Shown in pieces: positions 39,395 to 49,977 of a DNA stretch of 64,000 bases. The DNA is from a virus (Duplodnaviria; Caudoviricetes). The notes under the pieces are model-generated. The model saw only the letters and a list, made by a program, of their open reading frames with translations. It was not told the DNA's origin and searched no databases. Every line of letters starts with the position of its first letter. The stretch's first letter is position 1. Position numbers and translations under genes: made by a program. The stretch covers positions 31,907 to 95,906 of the IMG/VR virus record IMGVR_UViG_3300009678_001573; one strand, written 5' to 3'.

Positions 39395-42300
39395 ATGGCA
39401 ATCGTCTTTGGTGGAGATGCTGGAATACAACCTGGTGCTTTCGACAGCGTAACTAGTCGAATCACTCAAGAATTTCAGAGATTAAAAAATGGCTTTTTGA
39501 ATGTCTTTGGAGACACTATAGGTATTCCACCTAGCCCTCCTCTTGTGCCTGTTTATGTAGATGATGGATTTACTAACGTTCCAGGCACAGCATTTGTTGG
39601 TTCTCAGTTTTCTAATATCGATGATATTAAGACTAGAAGAATTACGACCCAGGAACCAAGCTTGACCGTTTATATAAAGAAAAAAGCATTTTGGTCATTG
39701 CGTTCTGAACACGATATTAGATTTATGGATGCTAGCGAAAAGTTGCTGATGCGAGCAACTAAAATGCTTTTTGAAAAGAAATGTATTCAATTGGCTGCCT
39801 ATGAAGCCTTAACAAAGGCGGCCAGACTTATCTCAGAAGATTCAGAGTACGATGCCCTTATTATTGATGCTATAGCTGATAATCTAGAGGAATTCTTTGG
39901 TAATGCAGTTGATTCTTTAGAGGCCGATGCCTTAACTGCCGTTCAAACTGACCCCACAAATATTGCTTTTAATAATCAAATAGTTGAACAATTAGAGGAA
40001 CTTAAGAGAGATGAAGAAGCAACTAAAAAGCTAATTAATAATTTTAGACGATTATCACAGAACGTTAGAAAAAGCAAGCAAGCCACACAAACAAATTGGG
40101 TTATAGACGCAGATGCTGCCTCTGAAGATGTACTTGGTGTAGGAAGAGGCAGCGGTGTAATAGAACTGACTTTAGTTAGTAGTTTAACAACTGCTTTAAA
40201 TTTAGCATCTGGAGATAAGGGCAGTGTCCAATTTACGATACAAGACCCATATAATCTTACTAAAATTACATCATCAGAAATCGAAGGAGCCTTGGCCGCC
40301 GCCGCGCAAGAAATATATGATATTGAGACTGCTCTTCAATCTGGAGCAAGCACTCAAGATGTTTTAAGTGCAGTCAATCTTGGCGCAACATTCTATCTAG
40401 AAGAAGCACGAAAAAAAGAAGACAGGCTAAATAAGATTAGACGCGATAAAGTTTCTAATTCATTTGGTCTGTCTGGCAGTAGTACTGGTCCAGTTGGTAC
40501 AGCCGGTGCCCCTGAAATAGTATTTGAGGTTAATCCAACTTCATTTGGTAATAAAATATCTATAAGTATTACTTCATTACCAGCATCATTTCATAGCGCA
40601 ACCGCCTTTTCTATAGCTTTGATAAGTCTTCCTATAGAGCACCAATTGGGGATAGAAGAAGTGCAATTAGTAACGGAAATTTTTGATTTACTTACATTAT
40701 ATGTCGATGCTATACAAAGATTGAGTGGAGCTATTCAAGACTTTAATGCCAATCCGTCAGTCGAATATGCTAGAAGAAAATTAAGGCAATCATATTTGGG
40801 TAAATCAATGATTCAGCCTATGGATGGCATTCATATATATATGCGTGGCAATACCTTTAGAGATGGCCAAGTTGTCGGTCCTCTCAATGCTATTTTGAAT
40901 AATTCTAATTACATACAATCTTTTTCTGAAAATAATAATATGACCGATCCTATGTTAGAAGAAGAAATGCGGTTATTTGGAATAGATGAAATAGGCATTT
41001 CGGTAGATTTATATAGACAAATACGCACAGGTAGTTTTTTAAGAAACGCGGGTACTCATGTATTCGGTGGGCTAGTATCAAGCTCTTCTGAAAGATATTC
41101 TGCTGATAGTGGATATCTTTTAGATATTTCTGGTGAAAGTAGTATGAAGTGGCTGGATATATCTAGAGCAAATACCAAGCCAAGTTTTGAGCAAACCCAA
41201 GGTCTATTAGAAGATCCTCTTACGCTTCATCAACTTGAAATTGACGAAGGGACTGGATTAGTTAAGACCGAACCCCAATTGCTTCCTCAAAATAAAGAAA
41301 GGCTCGATAAGCTAAACTATATAGATGGGGTTAATCAAGGAAAGAAACCATCTGAAGAAGATACAAAGCAGGATTATTTTCCCACTGGCAATGGCTCAGC
41401 GATACCAGTATTTCAGCATGCACCAGGACTGGTATATCGATGGAAAGAGGGTATTATAACCGCTACACGCGATGTAAACCTAAGATCAACGTTAGATGGT
41501 AGTGGGGTAGATTCAGAAAAATTACGCAGAGAGCTTGGTGTTAACGTAGTTGAAAACCCTTTCTCTAGTGCAGATGCGGCAGATGTTGTCAGCATAATGG
41601 TTACTGGATTTCCACACAACTATGAGTCTTTCGTAATCAATGCACAATCCATTGGAACATATACCTTCGGTCATGGTAATTCTTCTGAAAGCTTCTTTCA
41701 CTCATTCTTTGATGTGCTCAGAACCCAAAACAGAACGCTAGGGGATTTTCAACCCTTTAAGCTTATTAATATAAGCCAAAAGCAAATGGCAGAGCGTCTC
41801 AGAATTCAGACAGAATTAAGAGATGGCAGAGAAAAGCTTAAATCACTTAGATCAGAAATCGCAACTTTTCAAGATCAATTAGATGCTATCGAAACCGGAC
41901 CAGATGCTCTTAGGGCTCTAGGACAAAGTACAGTGCGACTTGATGCGCAAAGATCTGGCGTAGCAGCATCTTTGAGTAGAATTATTCAGGACTTGCGCGG
42001 CCAGATTGCGCGCGAATCTGCACAATTCAACAGAACTATAAATGAAGCGCCAGAAGCTGGATTACGCGTTTATGGTAATGATTTTGCATTTGAAATAGAG
42101 AAAACAACTGGTGGATCGACCGAAGAAGAATCAGCAGAAAACGATAAAAAACTTAGATTAAAAAATAGAATGTTACAATTAAGATCACAACTTAAATGTA
42201 AATTTAATTCAGATACTAACCTATTTATTATATCAGATGACTACGACAAAGACCTAGATATTCAGGCATTCGTTCTCAAATTAGCCGGTTCATCAGGCCC

Positions 42301-44137
42301 AGCACTATGGGAAAGTTCATACGATACTCCTTACAATATTTGTTGTAATGTTGCAAAGATACTGGACTTTGAATTCTTTTGTGATACACAAGGTCATATA
42401 CAATTTAGACCGCCAAAATATAATAAGATTCCATTATCTTTGTTGCTAAAATTATTTATATTAGACAGAAAAGAAAATAAGAGAATATATCCTGTATTTT
42501 TAGAGCAACTATTTAAAAATAGACAAAGAACATATGCTGATGAGGCAGAAATTAAAGAATTGGAGATTAGAGAAAATCTAATACTTTTAGGTGGTAATAT
42601 AGATATTCCAGAACAAGCCAATACTAGCCCTACAGATGAAAGTACTTCGGCAGTATTTACTAATTTAATGGATACGCAAGCTGGATTATTATCAGAAAAT
42701 GAATTAAAAGACAGATCAAGACTATTAATACAAACTCGAAATGAAAAAGCATCAAAAATAGGCGGTTCCCCAAAGGCATTCAGTGATGAAGAATTGGCTG
42801 CCGCGGCAAAAGAAATATCTCAGTATAATGTTGTATCTGGAGTTAAAAATCCTAACATCAATGTTAATCGTTTATCAATAGTAAATCAAGTTGCTCAATT
42901 AGTCAGTGTTAAGCAGGGAATGCTTAATGTGCAAAAAAGATTAGGTGGCGAAATAGAAAGATTTGAAGATACTAGAAAGTCTTCATTAGCTGGTGGGGGA
43001 AATAGAAGGTTAAGTGAAGCGGAGATGGCAAATCTTATAGCACCATTTGAGAATCTAATAGAAAATGATCTATTTGATGACTTGGGCCCTAGTTCTTCTG
43101 CTAGATTTATTATCTCTGATGACCAAATAATATCTTACGAATTTACAGAAAGCGATAGCGATATCTATTGTAGAGTTGATGTCACTGGTGCTCAAGACCT
43201 TTTAAGTACTGATGGCACCATTGGTAATGTTCCAGTTCTTTGGGCCGGAGCAACTGACTTTGATATGTGGAGACAATATGGTTGGCGCTCACAAGGCTCA
43301 ATTAATAAACCATTTCTTCATGATGCTGCATTACAATGTGCTCCATATGCTCTTATGCTTTTGTCTAGAAATAGAAGAAATGCCGTAAAGGGATCTATAA
43401 CTGTCACGGGAAATGAGTATTATCAATTAGGAGATGTTGTGTATTTAAATACCAGAGATATGCTTTATTATGTTACTGGCGTTAGACATACATTTTCATA
43501 TGAAGGAAGCGGAAGCTTCACTACTACGCTAGAGTTGAGATATGGACATCCGCTGGGTGATTATATTCCAACTCCGTTAGATGTTATTGGCAAGAGTTTA
43601 ATTAAAAATCAGGTGCTCTTTAATAGCAGAATTACATCTAGGGAAACAGCAAATAAAAAATCTGGTGTTAGTTTAGGCTTTGTATCATTTCCAAATAGCA
43701 GCGCTACTGATGTTGAAACTGTACAAAAAGAAATGTTGGCTGGTGGATTTGGCAAATTTAACCTACAATCTCTAAAAAATGCATTATTAAAGGCAAATTC
43801 ACATATAACTAATGCAGAGTTTCCAAAGATAGAGGTTAGAGGATTTTTTATAAACGAAGCGGATAAAGATAAGGTATCTATTAGAATGGGCGTTGTAGAG
43901 GACTGGCTAACTAATCCAGTTTCTATAGGGTTAAAGGGAGAAATGATTCCTCTTCCAGAAAAGGATTTTAATAAAATAAAGAGTGATGGCTTTTCACCTG
44001 TAGATCCAGTCAATGTAAAGCTACCTTCAGAGGAAGATATTAAAGCAAAACGTGTTCCAAAAGAAGAAGCGTTCGGGGCTACACTACCAGATGGTGATCC
44101 GACCAATGTAATAGATATAACCCTAGTGTTTGCTTAA
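39395..44137 (+). CDS. baseplate hub protein (gp27/GpD-like, 1580 aa with large insertions)
   Basis: FEFFCDTQGHIQFRPPKYN and the C-terminal GSITVTGNEYYQLGDVVYL...YYVTGVRHTFSY..SFTTTLELRYG are hub-type motifs. The gene order fits. Confidence 0.75.
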   Translation: MAIVFGGDAGIQPGAFDSVTSRITQEFQRLKNGFLNVFGDTIGIPPSPPLVPVYVDDGFTNVPGTAFVGSQFSNIDDIKTRRITTQEPSLTVYIKKKAFWSLRSEHDIRFMDASEKLLMRATKMLFEKKCIQLAAYEALTKAARLISEDSEYDALIIDAIADNLEEFFGNAVDSLEADALTAVQTDPTNIAFNNQIVEQLEELKRDEEATKKLINNFRRLSQNVRKSKQATQTNWVIDADAASEDVLGVGRGSGVIELTLVSSLTTALNLASGDKGSVQFTIQDPYNLTKITSSEIEGALAAAAQEIYDIETALQSGASTQDVLSAVNLGATFYLEEARKKEDRLNKIRRDKVSNSFGLSGSSTGPVGTAGAPEIVFEVNPTSFGNKISISITSLPASFHSATAFSIALISLPIEHQLGIEEVQLVTEIFDLLTLYVDAIQRLSGAIQDFNANPSVEYARRKLRQSYLGKSMIQPMDGIHIYMRGNTFRDGQVVGPLNAILNNSNYIQSFSENNNMTDPMLEEEMRLFGIDEIGISVDLYRQIRTGSFLRNAGTHVFGGLVSSSSERYSADSGYLLDISGESSMKWLDISRANTKPSFEQTQGLLEDPLTLHQLEIDEGTGLVKTEPQLLPQNKERLDKLNYIDGVNQGKKPSEEDTKQDYFPTGNGSAIPVFQHAPGLVYRWKEGIITATRDVNLRSTLDGSGVDSEKLRRELGVNVVENPFSSADAADVVSIMVTGFPHNYESFVINAQSIGTYTFGHGNSSESFFHSFFDVLRTQNRTLGDFQPFKLINISQKQMAERLRIQTELRDGREKLKSLRSEIATFQDQLDAIETGPDALRALGQSTVRLDAQRSGVAASLSRIIQDLRGQIARESAQFNRTINEAPEAGLRVYGNDFAFEIEKTTGGSTEEESAENDKKLRLKNRMLQLRSQLKCKFNSDTNLFIISDDYDKDLDIQAFVLKLAGSSGPALWESSYDTPYNICCNVAKILDFEFFCDTQGHIQFRPPKYNKIPLSLLLKLFILDRKENKRIYPVFLEQLFKNRQRTYADEAEIKELEIRENLILLGGNIDIPEQANTSPTDESTSAVFTNLMDTQAGLLSENELKDRSRLLIQTRNEKASKIGGSPKAFSDEELAAAAKEISQYNVVSGVKNPNINVNRLSIVNQVAQLVSVKQGMLNVQKRLGGEIERFEDTRKSSLAGGGNRRLSEAEMANLIAPFENLIENDLFDDLGPSSSARFIISDDQIISYEFTESDSDIYCRVDVTGAQDLLSTDGTIGNVPVLWAGATDFDMWRQYGWRSQGSINKPFLHDAALQCAPYALMLLSRNRRNAVKGSITVTGNEYYQLGDVVYLNTRDMLYYVTGVRHTFSYEGSGSFTTTLELRYGHPLGDYIPTPLDVIGKSLIKNQVLFNSRITSRETANKKSGVSLGFVSFPNSSATDVETVQKEMLAGGFGKFNLQSLKNALLKANSHITNAEFPKIEVRGFFINEADKDKVSIRMGVVEDWLTNPVSIGLKGEMIPLPEKDFNKIKSDGFSPVDPVNVKLPSEEDIKAKRVPKEEAFGATLPDGDPTNVIDITLVFA

Positions 44138-44147
44138 CGAGGAATAA

Positions 44148-46205
44148 ATGGCTAGATTACCCCTAGGTTATTCGGTCCGACTTGCTGTAGTGAAGAAGAT
44201 TGAAAGCACTCATGTTGTTTGTGAGTTCTTCGATCGCGTCGGCGAAAAATCTATTAGATGTCCTAAACCGCAACCCTACGCAGGTAGAGGTGGTGGAATA
44301 CTAGTCGGCGTAGAAAGAGATACCATAGTTTTAATTGCTACAGGCCCTACCCAAAAACCTTATATAGTTGGAATTGTTCCTGACATTAATTTTTATTCTG
44401 ATGTTTCAGGCAAGTCTAATATAAAGTTTAATGAATCAGAATATCCAGAATTGGAAGAGGGCGAAATATGTATTAAGGGCAATCCTGGACAAAGAATAGA
44501 TATAACCAAGAATGGTAATATAGCTTTAGATGCAGGATTAGGCGATAAATCATCTGATATAGAATTATCAGCGCTGGCGAGAGGGTTATTTTTTCGTTTA
44601 AATAATATATATAGATTTACAGAAGCAGGAAGAAGCATAGAAGGCGTTGTTCGTAGAGATTTGAATGAGGAAGATGATACAACTAATCTATCTACCACAG
44701 ATCTCCTTACTGGTGAATCATATGATACTTTTTTATCTGAAATAGGTCGTTCTCCAACAGATGAGGTTCAAAAAGCATCTTCAGAGTTTGTTAGATCAGT
44801 TACTAGAAATCCGGCACTTATAGAAAAACGAGATATAATTTATGAATATGCTGATAGCTTTGAAGTTAATGATCTGGAAACAGAGGCAAATTCAGTAGCA
44901 GCAACTAGCCTAAATACCGATAGAGAAACATTTTCGAGCTCATTGGCAAGACAGAATAGACGCACTGATATTCTTAACTTAAACCTTAAGAATTACAATC
45001 ATCTTATTGAAAGAGTTCAGGGCACACTGGTAGATATTTATGGTAATATTCTTGATATCAATCGGAATATTATTCCTGTTCCAGATTCCAGAACTATAGA
45101 CATTCGTGGTGCTGGTAAACCTGGTCTGCAAAATATATATACTCATTTGCGCAAATCAGTTAAGTATCACTTTGAAATTAACTCTAGAAAAAATATAAAT
45201 GATAGCGAACCGACTCTTTCATCTATAAATACTAATAATGGCAAACTTCATAGTCGTTGGAGTATGGATGTTGATGCAGAAGGATTAACTAAAGTAAATA
45301 TTCCGGCATCAACCGAAACTGGAAACATTCCAGTATTAAGTCGCTATGTTGTATCAAAAGACCAAGAAAATGTTACTTTTAAAGACCCAGAAAGAAGAGA
45401 TGTGCGAATTGTTCAATTTGGTGCCAATGAAGTTGAAGATGGATATGTTGTATTTGCTGGACAAAAGATTGTCGACGATACTTATAGGCCAAAGCTTCTT
45501 GATCCAAAGAAAATCAATCCTAATGCCCAGCCAGTTGCTTCAGTAACTGTTGGAACAGCACATCACGATATGATGAATATTGCATCGTTGATATTTACCA
45601 ATGGTAAGTTTAAGAATCCAGCTCCTACGGTTCCATTCAGTGGCAATACAGTAATTCCGCCAATGGTATCTGAAATTGATAATAGAGTTGATTCAGCTAC
45701 TGCAAATGCTGGTGGCCGCAGTTTAAATATGAATTTAGACGGCAGCACCGAAATATCCATAGGTGCTGATACAGCAGATAGAAAATCATTGGTTATGGAT
45801 CTTGCCGGTGGAGTCATTTCTCACTTTGGAAGAGATCGTAATGGAAGAAGTATGGTTCATCAAACCGATGGTGATATTATAATACAGGTTGGCGGCCCAG
45901 GGATAGACACCGATTCAAGATTCCAAACCACTAAAGATAAAGAAGATAGGCCGGGCCGAATAGAAATTCATCTAAATAGGCCTGGTGGAACACCACAAAA
46001 AATTATAATCGATGAAGAAGGAATAACATTTGATATTAAGGGTAATGGAGTTATCTCTGCATCTGGGGATTTAATATTATCGGCTGGTGCCAAGTTGTTA
46101 TTGGATGGAGATTTAATAGATAAATATGGTAGCTTTGATATTGAGAAGAGAATAGTTACCGGTGCAGAAAAACGCGATAGACGTAAAGGTCGCGGCGGAG
46201 CTTAA
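44148..46205 (+). CDS. baseplate central spike protein (gp5/gpV-like)
   Basis: The N-terminus is OB-fold-like (RLAVVKKIE...PQPYAGRGGGILVGVERDTIVLI) followed by PELEEGEICI. The C-terminus has short beta-strand repeats (ITFDIKGNGVISASGDLILSAGAKLLLDG). It follows the hub gene. Confidence 0.65.
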   Translation: MARLPLGYSVRLAVVKKIESTHVVCEFFDRVGEKSIRCPKPQPYAGRGGGILVGVERDTIVLIATGPTQKPYIVGIVPDINFYSDVSGKSNIKFNESEYPELEEGEICIKGNPGQRIDITKNGNIALDAGLGDKSSDIELSALARGLFFRLNNIYRFTEAGRSIEGVVRRDLNEEDDTTNLSTTDLLTGESYDTFLSEIGRSPTDEVQKASSEFVRSVTRNPALIEKRDIIYEYADSFEVNDLETEANSVAATSLNTDRETFSSSLARQNRRTDILNLNLKNYNHLIERVQGTLVDIYGNILDINRNIIPVPDSRTIDIRGAGKPGLQNIYTHLRKSVKYHFEINSRKNINDSEPTLSSINTNNGKLHSRWSMDVDAEGLTKVNIPASTETGNIPVLSRYVVSKDQENVTFKDPERRDVRIVQFGANEVEDGYVVFAGQKIVDDTYRPKLLDPKKINPNAQPVASVTVGTAHHDMMNIASLIFTNGKFKNPAPTVPFSGNTVIPPMVSEIDNRVDSATANAGGRSLNMNLDGSTEISIGADTADRKSLVMDLAGGVISHFGRDRNGRSMVHQTDGDIIIQVGGPGIDTDSRFQTTKDKEDRPGRIEIHLNRPGGTPQKIIIDEEGITFDIKGNGVISASGDLILSAGAKLLLDGDLIDKYGSFDIEKRIVTGAEKRDRRKGRGGA

Positions 46206-46216
46206 AAGGGATAGAC

Positions 46217-48160
46217 ATGTCAATACATTTTATAAAAGACGAAAAAACAGTAGCAATTCTTCAGGCAATTTTAGATTTGGCTGGACCGAATTTTATTGCG
46301 CCATATGATGCTTCATTGCAGCCATTCAACGCCAATAACCTCAATCAAGAAACACTAATTCAGTATTTGGTGCCAGGCGGAACTAGTTTACAGGGCTACG
46401 CAGAGCCATCCACAACCGAATCTATGGGCAGCGCAATCAATAGTATGTTGACCGTTCTGGCACCAGTTATCTCGGCTTATGGCCTAATATTGCCTATCTT
46501 AGGTGTTATTAGGGGTATTATAGAAGTTCTTTGTGCTATGATGAATCCATTTGCAGTTGTTCGCGCGGTAATTAGATTATTTAAAAAATGGATTCCGCCG
46601 TTTATTTCCTTATTTCCTCCTCTCGCTGGCGTTATAATTATCATTAGCACTATTAAGGCTATTTTGGCAATAGTATTTTTCATTTTAACAGTAGTAGTGC
46701 CAACCATACAATTAATCATTGCTAACATTAGATCCCTCGCTGATGCATTTGGTGGAGATGCTAATGAGCAGACTAGAGCTGCTGGTAGAGAAAAGCTTCT
46801 TACTATGATAGCAGAAATGGCAAATCAGACAGGGGTTATGGGAGCTTTATTGCCGTTATTAGAAATAATTATGTTAATATTAAACCTTGTAGCTGGCTTA
46901 CCTTGTAAGAAAGGAAAAAGTAAAAAGGCTGATTGTGATACGTCTAGTATGGTAAAGGTAAAAAGCAAGTTTAGTTGTGATGATAATGATGCAGATTGTT
47001 GTAATGATAAAGTATGTCCGCCGGAACTAAGACGCCGCGCCGTTAAGGGAAGAGGAACTCTAATACCATCTATTTTTGGTGAGGCTCCACCATTCTTTGC
47101 CTACAGATTACATACTGGCAATTCATTAGTGCCAAAGCTTAAAAAATACAACCAAAGTATGACTGAACAGTTGAATCCACAACTAGATGAAGAGATTGAT
47201 GAGGGGTGTCCTCCAGGTGGTGACGACGATGATTGTCCAAATCTCAGAATTAGAATTGAAAGTCGAAGAGGAAATTCAAGACGAGTAACTAGAGCCATAG
47301 CAAAAGTTAAAGGCCAGGTCATCACAATTATGAGCCCATCTCTAATTAGAATGATAGGCGCGGTTAATTATGAAGTACTGCCAAATTATGAATCATTGGT
47401 TATGCGCAATATAATAGGGCTTGCATGTCATCCAGACGTGGAGCTTGCCAAAGAAGAATTGGCAATTAAATATGCTATAATGGAAACTCCAATAGTAGAA
47501 AGATTTCCAGAAACCGCTGACATATTTGATAGATACTCTGGACTTAATAACGATTTCAATAGTTTGGTCGGTGAGCTTTCTGACAAAATTTCTGAAGTTG
47601 TAGCTAAAAATCCACCTTATGACGATGATATAGATGATATTAACGGCATACAAGATAGTATGCTCAATCTATTGAATGGTTTTGCCGGCGATATGATAGG
47701 TAAACTAAATGCTATAGTTGCTAAAGCAAGTAATAGGTTTGATAGTGAATTAGAAGTGGACAAAAATTTAGTTAAAGCCAATGGACAAGACCTTGCAACT
47801 ATTATAGTTACTCCAAGAGATGCAACTGGTTCTTTATTGGCACAGAATCTTCCAGATGGCGTAGATATAAGTGTCGAGATGTCTACAGATTTTGGTATTA
47901 TATCAAATCAGCGTAGAGTTAATTCTACGGGGCAAATCTTAGCAGATATTAAATCTGCTACCCCAGGATTGGCTACTATTAGAGCAAAAATTAATTCAGA
48001 ATTCATTTCAGAATTAGAAAATGGCGTTGAGAGTGTTTCAGAAGTAACTGTACGATTTGTTGCCGATGCTACATTGCCGCAACGCAGATTAGTGTCTACG
48101 CCAGCAACAGGAACCAAAGCACAAACTGGTTCAACTTCTGAGAGAGAGACTAAGGGTTAA
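46217..48160 (+). CDS. hydrophobic-helix, Cys-rich virion protein with C-terminal Big_1/invasin-like Ig domain
   Basis: Long hydrophobic helices at aa ~75-230, then a Cys cluster (PC...DC...SCDDNDADCCNDKVC). S.L.VDKNLVKANGQDLATIIVTPRDATG...SATPGLATIRAKIN is a Big_1-like signature. Confidence 0.6.
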   Translation: MSIHFIKDEKTVAILQAILDLAGPNFIAPYDASLQPFNANNLNQETLIQYLVPGGTSLQGYAEPSTTESMGSAINSMLTVLAPVISAYGLILPILGVIRGIIEVLCAMMNPFAVVRAVIRLFKKWIPPFISLFPPLAGVIIIISTIKAILAIVFFILTVVVPTIQLIIANIRSLADAFGGDANEQTRAAGREKLLTMIAEMANQTGVMGALLPLLEIIMLILNLVAGLPCKKGKSKKADCDTSSMVKVKSKFSCDDNDADCCNDKVCPPELRRRAVKGRGTLIPSIFGEAPPFFAYRLHTGNSLVPKLKKYNQSMTEQLNPQLDEEIDEGCPPGGDDDDCPNLRIRIESRRGNSRRVTRAIAKVKGQVITIMSPSLIRMIGAVNYEVLPNYESLVMRNIIGLACHPDVELAKEELAIKYAIMETPIVERFPETADIFDRYSGLNNDFNSLVGELSDKISEVVAKNPPYDDDIDDINGIQDSMLNLLNGFAGDMIGKLNAIVAKASNRFDSELEVDKNLVKANGQDLATIIVTPRDATGSLLAQNLPDGVDISVEMSTDFGIISNQRRVNSTGQILADIKSATPGLATIRAKINSEFISELENGVESVSEVTVRFVADATLPQRRLVSTPATGTKAQTGSTSERETKG

Positions 48161-48166
48161 GCCATC

Positions 48167-49537
48167 ATGGTTAAAAATACAGATTTTAATTTTGAGAATT
48201 TTACTGTAGCGGCTATTAAGGCTATAGACGAAATTAGATCTAATGGTATTAATGGATTAACCTCTTCTACAGAATCTCGTATAAATGCTTTTTATAGATC
48301 ATTGGGTCTGCCAGCCATTAGATCAAAAAATGTTGTATTGGACTCTTTTAATACTGGAAATTTATTTGCATCTTCTTCATTTTCATCAGATGAATTAGAG
48401 CAAAATAAATTATTAGATAAGCTTAATATAAGAAAATTAGATTTTATTAAGCCTCTAACAGAAGAGGAAATTCAGACTTTTACTACGAATAACCGAGTTA
48501 GGCTCAAGGAAAATTTAGGTGTAGAGGGTGAAAATCAGACCAGTGAAAGCAGCAAAAGATTGCGTGGAGTTATGTTACCTATGGTTGTTGACGGGAACAT
48601 TCCTATATTTCCACAAAGTAAGAGGGTCGCCGGCGCGTTCAAATTGGATGAAGAGCTTATTATAGACAGGAATACATATAAGAGGCCACTAATCGAGACT
48701 ATAATATCTATGAGACTAAAGTCCCAGGGCGCCCAAAATTCACAAACACAAAGTAATGTTAACTCCGATCTTACTGGACAAGAGGTTTTAGATTTTAATA
48801 ATATTGGCGAAAGTATAGGTGGTATATTAGAGCTATCAACTTATAATATTGATGAACTAATATATAAGGCCATTTTAGAGACCGTTGATGCTAAAAAGAA
48901 CTTTAATAATAAAGAAATAGTTCCAACAATAGCTAATATAGCGGAACAAAGGCCAACTATACGAGCAGCGCCTTTACCAGCCAAGTTAGGAAAAGCCGAA
49001 GTAAAAAAGCTATTCCAGCAAGAAAAAGATGAGATAAAGCGGGCCATTTTATCTATATTTGAATACGATGATACTTTTGCTTCTGATGTATCTAATAAAA
49101 GAAATCTTAAAGGTTCTATATTAGGTTCTATTTTGTTAGATGTTGTAAATCCACAAGAAGAAAATGCTGAAAGAGAAGAGAAGGAAATAGATAAACAGGA
49201 AGACAAAGAAACTACAAGACTTGTCAAAGCTTATAGATCATTAGATCTAGTATTCGGGCAATTTTCTGGTATAGCTGGAACGGATATTATAATAGTTTTA
49301 ACAGCAATGTTTCAAGTTGAGCTTAGATTTTTGGTTGGATTATTAAACGACGAAGCAAAAGAAAGACTTCTGGCCTTTGGTTTAGGCGCAGATAATTTAG
49401 TAAATACAAGTCTTATTGAATCATTGTCAGCACTTGAGGCTAAGGTAACAGAATTATATGATAGAATTAGCACTGGCATCAATCAATATAAACATAAAGA
49501 TAAAAAGACCAACCAGAGAAGACAAGGGAGGAGCTAA
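48167..49537 (+). CDS. hypothetical baseplate-region protein (456 aa)
   Basis: Long ORF in the operon, coupled by TAATG to the gp25-like gene. Contains ESRINAFYRSLGLP; no family recognised. Confidence 0.6.
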   Translation: MVKNTDFNFENFTVAAIKAIDEIRSNGINGLTSSTESRINAFYRSLGLPAIRSKNVVLDSFNTGNLFASSSFSSDELEQNKLLDKLNIRKLDFIKPLTEEEIQTFTTNNRVRLKENLGVEGENQTSESSKRLRGVMLPMVVDGNIPIFPQSKRVAGAFKLDEELIIDRNTYKRPLIETIISMRLKSQGAQNSQTQSNVNSDLTGQEVLDFNNIGESIGGILELSTYNIDELIYKAILETVDAKKNFNNKEIVPTIANIAEQRPTIRAAPLPAKLGKAEVKKLFQQEKDEIKRAILSIFEYDDTFASDVSNKRNLKGSILGSILLDVVNPQEENAEREEKEIDKQEDKETTRLVKAYRSLDLVFGQFSGIAGTDIIIVLTAMFQVELRFLVGLLNDEAKERLLAFGLGADNLVNTSLIESLSALEAKVTELYDRISTGINQYKHKDKKTNQRRQGRS

Positions 49538-49965
49538 TGTCTTTTGATCTCGAAATCGTAGATAGCGATATTAAAATTAAAGCCGATGGTACGATCAGTA
49601 CTATTACTGACACACCAAAATTACGACAAGACATAATTAAAATTATTTTAACGCCTCTTAGCTCCAATAAGTTTCATCCATGGTACGGATGTTCTGTAAC
49701 CGAAGCCATATCTGGAAGAAATATGCCAAGTAATATGATGGTAGAAGAAATCAGAACAACTGTAAGTCAAAGTTTGGATAGATTAAAGACTCTACAAATC
49801 GCTCAAGCAAGTGGGCAAAGCGTATCGTTAGCAGAGATGATTAGCGCTATCGGCGAGATTCAGTCGGGCCGAAATCCTATAGACCCACGACAGATTAACG
49901 TTTTAATTTCTGTTCTTACTAAACGATTGACAAAAATTGAAGAAATATTTACTGTAATTTCATAA
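49537..49965 (+). CDS. baseplate wedge / sheath initiator, gp25/GpW-like
   Basis: KLRQDIIKIILTPLSSNKFHPWYGCSV matches the gp25 signature (I.T..G....P.YG). It is 142 aa and precedes the J-like gene. Confidence 0.85.
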   Translation: MSFDLEIVDSDIKIKADGTISTITDTPKLRQDIIKIILTPLSSNKFHPWYGCSVTEAISGRNMPSNMMVEEIRTTVSQSLDRLKTLQIAQASGQSVSLAEMISAIGEIQSGRNPIDPRQINVLISVLTKRLTKIEEIFTVIS

Positions 49966-49977
49966 TGAGGTTTAGCA

